From NCBI GenBank assembly GCA_041650335.1, contig JBAZLK010000005.1:10580-74579 (forward strand): 64,000 bases of DNA, written 5' to 3'. The notes under the pieces are model-generated. The model was not told where the DNA came from, did no database searches, and saw only the letters and a list, made by a program, of their open reading frames with translations. Positions 1-9,039 of the stretch are shown here, piece by piece (the first letter of the stretch is position 1; the number at the start of each line of letters is the position of its first letter). Source of the stretch: Patescibacteria group bacterium. GTDB lineage: Bacteria; Patescibacteriota; Patescibacteriia; JAHIZJ01. Position numbers and translations under genes: made by a program.

Positions 1-1776
1 GGACGCCTGACTGAAGCGGCCGGTCCGATGAAGGGCCTGCCGGTTAAAGAAGCCCGGAAAAAGGTCGTCGAAATACTTGAGAGCAAGGGCTTAGTTGATC
101 ATATCGACGAAAATTATATTCACAACCTCTCGGTTTGTTATCGTTGCGGCACGCCGATTGAACCACTGGTCTCACGCCAATGGTTTCTGGCCGTCGATAA
201 ACCGGCTAAGCGGCTTGGGAATAAAACTCTGAAGCAGCGCGCCTTGGAAGTGGTTGAAAATAATGAGATTGCGTTCGTGCCCGACCGCTTTACGAAAGTG
301 TACCGACACTGGATGGAGAATCTCCACGACTGGTGCATCTCGCGCCAGATCTGGTACGGACACAAGATACCCGTCTGGTACTGCGAGACATGCCATGCCG
401 ACCAAAAAAAATATCAAGCCGGCAAATACTATTGGCTGCCAGAAAAAAATACCCCGACCGCCTGTCCGCGCTGCCATGGCCAAGACATCCATCAGGACCA
501 CGACACTCTCGACACCTGGTTTTCTTCCGGCTTGTGGACGTTTTCCACGCTCGGCTGGCCAATGGTAAAAGATATGGGTTTCGACCCGGCGCTGGTTGAT
601 CTCGTGATATCGGGAAAAAAGACGAAGACTTTCCGCTTGCGCGACCACGATCTGTCTGTCGGAGAAACATGCCTTACACACGACAGCAAAACGAAAAAGA
701 AGTTCGGCTATTTACGCATTCTTCGTTCAACTAAAATACCATTCAACGAAATCGCACTCCAGACCGCGGGACACGAACCATACAAAAGCCAGGCGGAATT
801 GAAAACAACATTTCAAAAATATTACCCGGATATAACAATCACGCCGGATACGCCAGTGTGGGTATACGAGTATATCTATCAAAAAGAGTCTGATTTGGAG
901 CAATTTCACCCCACCTCGATCCTGGAAACCGCTTACGACATTATCTTTTTCTGGGTGGCGCGAATGATTCTGATGTCGACATATCTGGTGGGCGAAATCC
1001 CGTTTAAAACCGTGTACCTCCACGGCTTGGTGCGCGATAAAAAGGGCCGGAAGATGTCGAAATCGCTCGGCAACGGCATTGATCCGCTTGAGATGGCTGA
1101 TAAATACGGTGCGGATGCAGTCCGGCTGGCACTGGTCATCGGTACTACCCCGGGCAACGACCAAAAACTGGACGAACAGAAGATTGCCGGCTTTCGCAAC
1201 TATGTTAATAAGGTCTGGAATATCGGCCGGTTCATTGCCATGCAGGGCGAGGGTAAAAGCCTTAGCGAAGCCAAACCCGAAACAATGGCCGATTATTGGA
1301 TTTTCAGCCGACTCAATACAATCATTCAAGAAATATCAAATCATTTGGTCAAATATGAATTTTCCCAGGCGGGTGAAAAAATATACGACTTTGCCTGGCA
1401 CGAATTCGCCGACTGGTACCTGGAAATAACGAAACTAGAGGGCAATGTGGCGCTGGCCCACCAGGTATTCGGTGAAATCTTAAAACTTCTTCATCCCTAT
1501 ATGCCCTTTGTCACGGAAGCGCTCTGGCGGCAGCTTGGCTATGGAAAAGATTTGCTCATGATTGAAATATGGCCGTCATCAGACCCGTCGAAAATTAATC
1601 CTGCAGCAGAGAAAAAGTTTGCCGAACTCCAACAGACTATCACCGAATACCGTCGGCAGCGGAAGGAATCTGGTGCCCCGGCCGGACAAGTCATGTCCGT
1701 ACCTGTACCGACTGGTTTAGCCGGAGAGCTTAAACCGATTATTGAGCGCCTGGCAAAAGTAACATTTACGACTTAG
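1..1776 (+). CDS. valS: Valyl-tRNA synthetase, 5'-truncated by the window, with internal ASCH-like insertion
   Basis: DWCISRQIWYGH, DTLDTWFSSGLW, YDIIFFWVARM, KMSKS, GADAVR and LLHPYMPFVTE motifs; frame is open from base 1. Confidence 0.97.
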   Translation, partial: GRLTEAAGPMKGLPVKEARKKVVEILESKGLVDHIDENYIHNLSVCYRCGTPIEPLVSRQWFLAVDKPAKRLGNKTLKQRALEVVENNEIAFVPDRFTKVYRHWMENLHDWCISRQIWYGHKIPVWYCETCHADQKKYQAGKYYWLPEKNTPTACPRCHGQDIHQDHDTLDTWFSSGLWTFSTLGWPMVKDMGFDPALVDLVISGKKTKTFRLRDHDLSVGETCLTHDSKTKKKFGYLRILRSTKIPFNEIALQTAGHEPYKSQAELKTTFQKYYPDITITPDTPVWVYEYIYQKESDLEQFHPTSILETAYDIIFFWVARMILMSTYLVGEIPFKTVYLHGLVRDKKGRKMSKSLGNGIDPLEMADKYGADAVRLALVIGTTPGNDQKLDEQKIAGFRNYVNKVWNIGRFIAMQGEGKSLSEAKPETMADYWIFSRLNTIIQEISNHLVKYEFSQAGEKIYDFAWHEFADWYLEITKLEGNVALAHQVFGEILKLLHPYMPFVTEALWRQLGYGKDLLMIEIWPSSDPSKINPAAEKKFAELQQTITEYRRQRKESGAPAGQVMSVPVPTGLAGELKPIIERLAKVTFTT

Positions 1777-1777
1777 T

Positions 1778-2950
1778 ATGTCCTATCGTGGCGAACATGG
1801 ATTTCCGCACTTGAGCATTGAGGCTATGGAACGCGACTTGTCTGATGTTGAGTATGGCGTATCTACTGTCCTGGCTTCCCCGTATAAAAAACGGCAGCCG
1901 CAGCATGACCGCCTCGTTCAGGAACACGGCGGTCTGTCTCCGTATAAACCGGAAGAGCTCGCTGCGGACCGCCGCACCATCATTGATCTGGGACGCCGCG
2001 ATCAGACTGAAGATACTGTCCGCGGGCGTATTTTGGAAGCGTTTCTGGCTGAGCATGCTTCCACGCTGGGCTGGTTTGGGCCCGAGTCTCATGCGGTAAC
2101 CACCTGCGAATACGATAATCGGCGCAACGCCACAGACATAGTATTGACTTTGCCGGGGAAAGACGGCCAGCCGGCGTACCTGGCGATTGATGTTACGACG
2201 GCCACCAGTGGGGGCGCCCTGTCAGAAAAACAACACCGGCTGAAGCAGTCGCTTGAAACCGGGGAACTGACGAGCTTGAAATATTACTTTGACGCCTCCG
2301 AACCGGTGATCGGCGTCCGCCGCCTGGAACATATCCCGCGGGTGGTCATCGGCTTGCCGGCGGATGCGGTCGGCGAATTATGTAAGCTGTTAGAGCCTTA
2401 TCTGAAATCCGGCCAGCGCCATACCGGGGAAGCCAGTCTGCGTGAACACCCGCTCAAAGATGAATTAATCAGTTCAACGGTGTCACAGTTGGAGCAACAG
2501 ATTCTTTTCCTTGTGGTCCATTATTTTGAGCTCATTTCCAAACGCGATCCGCACGGATCCTGCGTGTATATCACAAAAACGCGACTACCTGAGCAATTTG
2601 AGCAGTTTTCTAAATTGATCCACTCCCTGACCGAAACGATGCTGGCCCCTGATCCGTCCCGCGTAACCGAGCGCCTGCCACTCTTAACGCAGTCCGTCGA
2701 GGTATTGGAATCGCTCGGCAAACATTTTCAGGTAGATTTTCCCCTGGGGCAATGCGTACGTAAAATCAGTGAGATTCGCGACCTGCTGGCTTCCTCCCGG
2801 TCAAATAAAAAAGGTTCCGAAAAACGCAGTAGCGATCCCGGAACCGAGGTGGTCCATTTGTCGGACCGTGAATGGACACGTGCCGATGATCATGGCTTTA
2901 CCCCCTGGTTCCGTCGCGCCGCAGAGCTCGTAGAGCTCGAACAGCGGTAG
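1778..2950 (+). CDS. Hypothetical protein, possible PD-(D/E)XK-like fold
   Basis: 390-aa ORF starting 1 nt after the valS stop; E...YDNRRNATDIV...LAIDVT pattern. Confidence 0.7.
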   Translation: MSYRGEHGFPHLSIEAMERDLSDVEYGVSTVLASPYKKRQPQHDRLVQEHGGLSPYKPEELAADRRTIIDLGRRDQTEDTVRGRILEAFLAEHASTLGWFGPESHAVTTCEYDNRRNATDIVLTLPGKDGQPAYLAIDVTTATSGGALSEKQHRLKQSLETGELTSLKYYFDASEPVIGVRRLEHIPRVVIGLPADAVGELCKLLEPYLKSGQRHTGEASLREHPLKDELISSTVSQLEQQILFLVVHYFELISKRDPHGSCVYITKTRLPEQFEQFSKLIHSLTETMLAPDPSRVTERLPLLTQSVEVLESLGKHFQVDFPLGQCVRKISEIRDLLASSRSNKKGSEKRSSDPGTEVVHLSDREWTRADDHGFTPWFRRAAELVELEQR

Positions 2951-3029
2951 AAACCAGCATGATCCACCAGCTCATACGCGTCAGCTTGCGCTGAGCCTCT
3001 CGGAACAGAAATTCGTCGGTCCTGGCCAT
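2898..3029 (-). CDS. Small 43-aa protein (MARTDEFLFREAQRKLTRMSWWIMLVSTAVRALRALRRDGTRG)
   Basis: Translated by hand; purine-rich SD GAAGGAAGGGAG and TTGACA-17-TAGGAT promoter upstream. Confidence 0.5.
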   Translation of the reverse strand: MARTDEFLFREAQRKLTRMSWWIMLVSTAVRALRALRRDGTRG

Positions 3030-3072
3030 CTGTTTTCTCCCTTCCTTCGTTTACAGCAATACGGTATGCCCG

Positions 3073-3101
3073 ATCCTACCACGGGTCTGACGCGCTGTCA
3101 A
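3073..3101 (-). promoter_or_regulatory. sigma70-type promoter for the small ORF
   Basis: Minus strand TTGACA(3101-3096)-17 nt-TAGGAT(3078-3073) with extended TG. Confidence 0.6.
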
Positions 3102-3139
3102 GGCGGGATAAAACAATTCTAATATCTATTTTGAAAATT

Positions 3140-3168
3140 AAAAAAACCCTCGTCGGGTTTTTATTTTT
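3140..3168 (-). terminator. Intrinsic terminator downstream of pilB
   Basis: aaaaaaaaccc-tcgtc-gggttttt hairpin flanked by A/T tracts. Confidence 0.55.
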
Positions 3169-3174
3169 GTCTAC

Positions 3175-4881
3175 TTATTCGGCTACTCGAAAGACTTCAT
3201 CAAGGCTGGTAATGCCATCCAGGGCTTTGAGCAGGCCATCTTGGACAATAGTAATCATGCCGTGTTTTACCGCCGCGTCTTGGATGGCGTATTCCGAGAC
3301 TTGACCGCTGAGTATTATTTTCTCAATGTCAGAATTCATTGTCATAACCTCGTAGATGCCTGTCCGGCCTTTTAAGCCAAGGTGGTGGCACGCATCACAG
3401 CCCGTGCCTTTATAGAATTTGAGTGCGTTCAGATCAACTCGGTATCCGGAGTTCACCGGAATCTTCCCCAGGTTGTCTTTGACTCTTACCAGCTCCTCAT
3501 CGGTTGGCGTATATTCAGCCTTGCACTTCTCGCATACTCGCCGAACCAGCCGTTGGGCCATGATCGCATTCAGCGCTGGTGCCAAGAGAAACGGCCGGGC
3601 GTCGAGGGCCATAAACCGCGGAATTGTCCCGGCGGCACCATTGGTATGGACGGTCGATAACACTAAATGGCCGGTGAGCGCGGCTTGGATCGCGATCTCG
3701 GTCGTTTCAGCGTCCCGGATTTCACCAACCATGACGATATCGGGGTCTTGCCGGAGAATCGCCCGCAAACCTTTGGCGAACGTATATTCCCGGCTGGAAT
3801 CAATCTGGCTTTGGCTGATGCCGGCGAGTTTGTACTCGACCGGGTCCTCTAAGGTAATAATTTTCGTTTCCGGGCGATTGAGAAGATTGAGAATGGCGTA
3901 GAGGGTGGTTGTCTTACCAGAACCAGTCGGCCCGGTCGTGATAATCATACCATTCGGACGCTTAACTTCCTTCTTCAGCTGGTCATACGCTAACCCACGG
4001 ATGCCGAGCTGATCAAAACCAAGAGCGGTGGCCGAGGAATGCAGCAACCGCATAACCACGCTTTCACCGTATGCGGTGGGCAGAGTCGAAACGCGGATAT
4101 CGATTTTTTCATCCTGCATTGCCACGGTAATTCGGCCGTCCTGCGGTATGGTCGTGATATTCATCTTCAGTTTGGCCATGAGTTTTATCCGGCTGATAAC
4201 TTTCGGCCAGCGCTCAGGCGGCATAGACGCCACATCATACAAAACGCCGTCAATCCGAAAACGGACTTTTATTTCGTGCTCTTGGGCCTCGATATGGATA
4301 TCCGACGAGCCGGCGTTGATAGCCGAGGCGAGAATCATGGTAAACACCTCGGTCAGCGAACCCGACTTTATCTGGGCGTCAAGTGTCTGAAAATCAATTA
4401 TCCGCTGCTTAAACTGGTCGATATCGGCCTGGCTGATCTCGAGGTCGCGCGATACCATCTTCACCTTCACCACGCGATCATAGTGTTTTAAGGCCCACTG
4501 CCAGCTGTCTTCGGAAATCAGGTAGAGTTCGACCTTACCCTGAAACTTCTGGGCAAGTCGCTGGAGTATCTGATCAAGACCGGCCGCTTGCGGCTCGACA
4601 ACACCCACTCGTACGCCGCTTGATCCTTGATAAAATGCTATAATCCGGCAATCCCTTGCCTCGGTTTCTGTTATTAAAGAAATGACGTCTGGGTTGATCG
4701 GATACCCTCGTAGGCTGATATACGGCAAACCTAAATCCTGGGCGCGTTGTCGGGTTGCCCGTTCTTGTTCCCGAACGTCAATCTCTTTGATTTTGTCCTG
4801 GAGTTTGTCGGTCGCCGTTATTTTTTTCTGGGCGGCCTTTGATTGACGTAATAAATCTTCAATCGATTGAGTATCAGCCAT
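3175..4881 (-). CDS. pilB: Type IV pilus assembly ATPase, PilB/GspE family
   Basis: SDIHIE, PQDGRI, Walker A GPTGSGKTT, LEDPVEY, RQDPDIVMVGEIRD, TGHLVLSTVH, CxxC...CxxC. Confidence 0.95.
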   Translation of the reverse strand: MADTQSIEDLLRQSKAAQKKITATDKLQDKIKEIDVREQERATRQRAQDLGLPYISLRGYPINPDVISLITETEARDCRIIAFYQGSSGVRVGVVEPQAAGLDQILQRLAQKFQGKVELYLISEDSWQWALKHYDRVVKVKMVSRDLEISQADIDQFKQRIIDFQTLDAQIKSGSLTEVFTMILASAINAGSSDIHIEAQEHEIKVRFRIDGVLYDVASMPPERWPKVISRIKLMAKLKMNITTIPQDGRITVAMQDEKIDIRVSTLPTAYGESVVMRLLHSSATALGFDQLGIRGLAYDQLKKEVKRPNGMIITTGPTGSGKTTTLYAILNLLNRPETKIITLEDPVEYKLAGISQSQIDSSREYTFAKGLRAILRQDPDIVMVGEIRDAETTEIAIQAALTGHLVLSTVHTNGAAGTIPRFMALDARPFLLAPALNAIMAQRLVRRVCEKCKAEYTPTDEELVRVKDNLGKIPVNSGYRVDLNALKFYKGTGCDACHHLGLKGRTGIYEVMTMNSDIEKIILSGQVSEYAIQDAAVKHGMITIVQDGLLKALDGITSLDEVFRVAE

Positions 4882-4947
4882 ATCACCTACAGTATATCAG
4901 ATTCTGGGATAATAAAAAACAGCCGGTCAGGCCATTTTCCTTTGCGG

Positions 4948-6081
4948 TTAGGCGATATGCGGCTGGAGTGTTTTGAGTATGACTTGTTCGGCCGCGAGCA
5001 GATCTTTTTCCGGGAGACGTATTTTTGTAAAATCGTGACTACCCTCTGCCTGAAAACCTTTAAAAACCGCCAGGGCGTCAACATTGGTCGGCGTTGAAAC
5101 AATGCCGTGGATTTGCTGGGGTTTTTTTTCGTATAAGATAAATATGGCCTTCGCCTCCGGCGTGTTCACTATTAGCTCGTCAATGACTCCGGGCAGGTCC
5201 TCGGGCCGGGCGCCCGATTTCGAGAAGTCTTCGGTCGTCAGTAATGACCAAACAATGGCATTGTTTTTCGTCGACCGAAGCCGGGCCAGCGTCCGTCCCC
5301 AAAGCTTGAGCGTTTCAATCGATTTCGTTTGGTATAAGTTTTTAATAATCTCTTCGCGCCGGGCGCCCGAATCAATGAGGTGACTGGCGATTGCCAACGA
5401 CTTTGGCGTTACGGCCGGGCTTTGAAAACTTTTCGTCTTTGAAATAATGCCGGTCAGGAGATTTGTAGCAATGTATTCGTCTAAGAGCTCGCTGCCGAGC
5501 GACTTCGCGAGCTCAAAAACGATTTCAGAAGTTGAGGTAGCGGTAACGTCAACCAGGTTGACCTGGCCGAAATTCTCATTCGCCGCTTCATGGTCAATAT
5601 TCAGGATCGGCGTCCGGTAGAAAAATTCTGTTTGATCATCATACATCTTGCCCAGCGACTCAAGGTCGGGCGCGCCGATGATAATGATCAGGTTGTAGGC
5701 AAAATTCCCATAAGCCAGCGAAACGTCCTTTTCTTCAAAATATCCGTTCCGTGGTGTAATATAGATATTGAGCTTCTTGTTTTGGATGTCATAGCTGAGC
5801 TCCTCCACGCTGGTCCGGCTGACATCAAGGGAGATAATGAATTGACGCAAGCTTGAGAGCTCGGTATGGATGTCGTCGCTCTTGGCCAAAAAGTTGACAT
5901 TCGGTGGCAGCCGAAATTCGTTGCAGACCACCTTGGCGTCCTTTTTCAGTTTTTCCAGGACCAAAAAAAGGCCGAGTCCAGAGGCAACGGCGTCGACTGA
6001 TGGATTTCGCGGGAGGACAATAATGATGCTGCTGGACTTTTTGATGATATCTTGCGCTTGTTGGAGTGGGGTTAACGCCAT
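4948..6081 (-). CDS. DHH-family phosphoesterase-like protein with degenerate motifs
   Basis: NPSVDAVAS, NIDHEAANENFGQVNLVD, ATSTSEIV and ATNLLTGI resemble NrnA/DHH; start placed at MALTP. Confidence 0.8.
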   Translation of the reverse strand: MALTPLQQAQDIIKKSSSIIIVLPRNPSVDAVASGLGLFLVLEKLKKDAKVVCNEFRLPPNVNFLAKSDDIHTELSSLRQFIISLDVSRTSVEELSYDIQNKKLNIYITPRNGYFEEKDVSLAYGNFAYNLIIIIGAPDLESLGKMYDDQTEFFYRTPILNIDHEAANENFGQVNLVDVTATSTSEIVFELAKSLGSELLDEYIATNLLTGIISKTKSFQSPAVTPKSLAIASHLIDSGARREEIIKNLYQTKSIETLKLWGRTLARLRSTKNNAIVWSLLTTEDFSKSGARPEDLPGVIDELIVNTPEAKAIFILYEKKPQQIHGIVSTPTNVDALAVFKGFQAEGSHDFTKIRLPEKDLLAAEQVILKTLQPHIA

Positions 6082-6115
6082 GACAAAATATGAGCTATTT
6101 TTTTGAGAATTCCTT

Positions 6116-6144
6116 AGCATATCCTACTTGCACGAGGCTGTCAA
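6116..6144 (-). promoter_or_regulatory. sigma70-type promoter of the DHH-like gene (possibly also pilB)
   Basis: TTGACA-17-TATGCT on minus strand. Confidence 0.6.
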
Positions 6145-6169
6145 GAATTCCTCGCTATTTCACTCACCG

Positions 6170-6601
6170 ATGCGTTATCTAAGCCAAAAACCGAAGGAAA
6201 CAATTGCATTTGCCAAGCGCGTCGCCTCCCGTTTACGCGGCGGCGACGTGGTGGTATTCGCCGGCGGTCTGGGCAGCGGAAAAACGACCTTTATGAAGGG
6301 GGTGGCGAAATTTTTTTGTATTCGCCAGGTCATCCAAAGCCCGACGTTTGTCATCGCCAAGGTCTATCGTCTCAAAAGAAACACTGCCCGGGCTCGAGCG
6401 ACACACCTTCTTCATATCGACGCCTATCGGATAATGGGCCGCACGCAGTTATCCGCGCTCGGCCTCGATGATCTGATTGGCGCGCCCGGGGTGATTACGT
6501 GCATTGAAAACCCGAAACGATTATTTCGCAAAAGCGATTATACCCATCGAATCGCGTTGCAGCTTGTTAATCCCGAGAGGCGCTTGATCGTCTTCCAATA
6601 A
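6170..6601 (+). CDS. tsaE: tRNA t6A biosynthesis ATPase TsaE
   Basis: GGLGSGKTTF, SPTF, HIDAYR, IE motifs. Confidence 0.9.
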   Translation: MRYLSQKPKETIAFAKRVASRLRGGDVVVFAGGLGSGKTTFMKGVAKFFCIRQVIQSPTFVIAKVYRLKRNTARARATHLLHIDAYRIMGRTQLSALGLDDLIGAPGVITCIENPKRLFRKSDYTHRIALQLVNPERRLIVFQ

Positions 6602-6662
6602 GACGGCGGAAACTGTATAATAAAGCGGCAGAGAGCCTCAGCTTGATAATTCATCCTTGCGT

Positions 6663-7004
6663 ATGTTTGCCCAGTTTCGTTCGGCACGTCATTCGCTGAT
6701 GCGCCGGGCAGAAAATTTACGGCGACAGCAAAAGCGTTTCCGCCATAATTTTTCCGGCTTCGCCAAGTGGACGTGGTTTGAGTCCGGCCGGATTTTATTG
6801 CTGGTTATCGCCTGCGTGGTATCATTTCCTGTTTATCTGCTCCAACCGGCCAATGCCGGTTTTGCCCTCTTGGCCTGGCGAAATGGCAGCGGTAAATTCT
6901 CCGAATCATACCGTCAATACACCTTACTGCGACGAACTACCCTTGTTTTCGGCTTCGTGTTCGCGTTTTCTTTAATTCTCTGGCTGTCTAGCATTTTCAT
7001 CTAG
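6663..7004 (+). CDS. Small hypothetical membrane protein (two hydrophobic segments)
   Basis: ORF with TATAAT upstream and a terminator downstream. Confidence 0.55.
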   Translation: MFAQFRSARHSLMRRAENLRRQQKRFRHNFSGFAKWTWFESGRILLLVIACVVSFPVYLLQPANAGFALLAWRNGSGKFSESYRQYTLLRRTTLVFGFVFAFSLILWLSSIFI

Positions 7005-7017
7005 TTTTCTGAATAAT

Positions 7018-7045
7018 AAAAAACGGCCTGATAGCCGTTTTTTTG
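7018..7045. terminator. Bidirectional intrinsic terminator
   Basis: aaaaaacggc-ctgata-gccgttttttt between convergent genes. Confidence 0.7.
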
Positions 7046-7048
7046 CTA

Positions 7049-7345
7049 TTAGGAATGGCTCGCTGGAAGCGGCGCTTTACTTGATACTTGATTGCGCTCA
7101 CTCGCGAGTTCTTTTGCCACTAAATCGTCCACCACCATTTTTTCACGGCTGATGCTGATCACCTGATCGCGCGATACGCAAAGATGCTGCTTAAAAATAC
7201 CCGTGATTCCGTGTTTTGTCTTCACGAAGTAGCGGGTAATCCGCTGGCTAAGTTCATCAAGCTCAAAACCATCGATGGTGCCAAGATGGGTTTCAGACTT
7301 GGTGTAGACCGGGAGTTGAATGAGCTCTTTATTGCTGAGTGACAT
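7049..7345 (-). CDS. PRC-barrel domain protein
   Basis: LIQLPVYTKSETHLGTIDGFELD...QVISIS pattern. Confidence 0.75.
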   Translation of the reverse strand: MSLSNKELIQLPVYTKSETHLGTIDGFELDELSQRITRYFVKTKHGITGIFKQHLCVSRDQVISISREKMVVDDLVAKELASERNQVSSKAPLPASHS

Positions 7346-8096
7346 TGGTTTGTTCCTGGTGAAGATGCCGCCGCAGAAAAATATATTGTTGAAGGACCTG
7401 GAACAGCGTCGAGGCCGCCCAATACAGAGTTAAACCGGCGGGAAAACTCACGCCAAAGATAAAAGTCATTATCGGCATCAAAAACATCATTTGTCGGTTC
7501 ATGTTCTGTGCGAGATTTCCGCCTTTTTGCTTCGGCTGATGCCGGGTCATCATCCATGATTGCCAGTATTGCAGGCCGGCGGCGAGCCCCGCTAAAACAT
7601 AGTTCTTTGTCTGCGTTAAATCGACAAAACCGAGAAAATGCGTGTGGATTGGTGTTGTCGCATACACCTCCCGAAGATAGGTATAAAGGTGTGTTAGTTG
7701 ATTGGCCGGCAGTATGCCCGTAGCCGGATCGGTCCGTGAAACAGCGATAAAAACCTGGTATAACGCGATCAGGATCGGAAACTGGATGAGTAACGGCAGG
7801 CAGGACGAAAGCGGGTTTATTTTATTCTCACGGTAAAAGAGGACCAGCTGCCGGCTCATTTCCTCTTTGTTGTTGGCGTATTTTTTTCTCAGCGCATCGA
7901 GTTTTGGCTGAATATCCTGCATTTTCTGTTGAGATTTGATCGATGACAAAGAGGGGAGATAGAGGAGAAGCTTAATAATCGCCGTTACGAGAATAATGGA
8001 TATTCCGAGATCGTGCGGTGGCAGATAGTGATAAATGACCATCAGTAAATTGAAGATTGGCTGAAAAAGAATGGTATTAAATATTTGTCCGATCAT
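7329..8096 (-). CDS. yidC: Membrane protein insertase YidC (short form)
   Basis: IQPKL...YRENKINPLSSCLPLLIQFP, PAGLTLYW; canonical synteny. Confidence 0.95.
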   Translation of the reverse strand: MIGQIFNTILFQPIFNLLMVIYHYLPPHDLGISIILVTAIIKLLLYLPSLSSIKSQQKMQDIQPKLDALRKKYANNKEEMSRQLVLFYRENKINPLSSCLPLLIQFPILIALYQVFIAVSRTDPATGILPANQLTHLYTYLREVYATTPIHTHFLGFVDLTQTKNYVLAGLAAGLQYWQSWMMTRHQPKQKGGNLAQNMNRQMMFLMPIMTFIFGVSFPAGLTLYWAASTLFQVLQQYIFLRRHLHQEQTNVTQQ

Positions 8097-8100
8097 GGTG

Positions 8101-8355
8101 TTACCTCACTGGGTCAATCCCGCCCTTCGAAAACGGGTTGCATTTTAATATTCGTACAAATCCTTTGAATGCGCCGCGAAAAATCCCATATTTTTCAATC
8201 GACTGATAGGCATAATCAGAGCACGTCGGGGAGAACCGGCAATACCCGTACGGGTGGAGGTGCGACAACGGCCCATGATCAGGTGACAGGGTTTTTTGAT
8301 ACACAAATATCCCTTTTAGAACTGATTTCTTTATTATTTTACCTAACTTTAGCAT
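8101..8355 (-). CDS. yidD: Membrane protein insertion efficiency factor YidD
   Basis: [10 protein letters not shown]...[15 protein letters not shown]. Confidence 0.95.
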   Translation of the reverse strand: MLKLGKIIKKSVLKGIFVYQKTLSPDHGPLSHLHPYGYCRFSPTCSDYAYQSIEKYGIFRGAFKGFVRILKCNPFSKGGIDPVR

Positions 8356-8696
8356 TTTTTTAGCAATGCGCTTCTATTTAAAATAAATTCCATGTCTTGG
8401 TTTATTTCGCTAAAATTAGCATTAATAATTACTTTTTTAACAATAATTGCGCAGTCGTAGCCATGTTTTATTTTGGCTAATTTTAGCCTTATTATTTCAC
8501 TTATTCTCCTCTTTATGAGGTTCCTATCCGTGGCTTTCTTTGCGATCTTCTGAGAAACAACAATTCCAAACCTCGATGAAGATAATCCGTTTTCTGCTTT
8601 TCGGATGACAACGTACTTCGAAAAAAAATGAGCTCCTTTTGTATACACCCGACGAAAATCACGGTCGTTCGTTAGGCGATGTGGTCGGGGGAGCAT
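8349..8696 (-). CDS. rnpA: Ribonuclease P protein component
   Basis: [20 protein letters not shown] (RNR-like motif). Confidence 0.95.
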   Translation of the reverse strand: MLPRPHRLTNDRDFRRVYTKGAHFFSKYVVIRKAENGLSSSRFGIVVSQKIAKKATDRNLIKRRISEIIRLKLAKIKHGYDCAIIVKKVIINANFSEINQDMEFILNRSALLKKC

Positions 8697-8703
8697 GACT
8701 TTT

Positions 8704-8841
8704 TTAGACTGACAGCCGGCGTCGTTTTTTAAGTCGTCGACGGCGTAAAACCGCTTTGCCGTTTTTTGTGCTCATTCGTTGGCGGAAACCATGTCTTCGT
8801 GCCCGGCGTCGTTTTTTTGGCTGATAGGTTCGTTTCGGCAT
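8704..8841 (-). CDS. rpmH: 50S ribosomal protein L34
   Basis: [25 protein letters not shown]. Confidence 0.97.
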   Translation of the reverse strand: MPKRTYQPKKRRRARRHGFRQRMSTKNGKAVLRRRRLKKRRRLSV

Positions 8842-8869
8842 AACAAAAAAGAATAATAATTTCGTGGTT

Positions 8870-8898
8870 ATTCTACCAAGAAGTGACGGTTTGGTCAA
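8870..8898 (-). promoter_or_regulatory. rpmH operon promoter
   Basis: TTGACC-17-TAGAAT with extended TG. Confidence 0.6.
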
Positions 8899-8930
8899 CG
8901 ATTATGTTTATTAGCCATTTCCTCCACCAT

Positions 8931-8950
8931 TCATCCACATGTTATAAACA
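8931..8950 (+). promoter_or_regulatory. Two degenerate DnaA boxes upstream of dnaA
   Basis: TCATCCACA (8931-8939) and TTATAAACA (8942-8950) versus TTATCCACA. Confidence 0.5.
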
Positions 8951-9039
8951 TTTTCTATCTCGGCTACCGTTTTATCTTCGGCGATTTCGTGGTATATTCA
9001 AGTTCTGAGTTTTTATTTTTTTTGCTATATCGACGGGTT

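Noticed and set aside
562-888. Intein in valS
   Set aside because: No N-terminal C/S, no C-terminal HN followed by C/S/T, and no splicing blocks.
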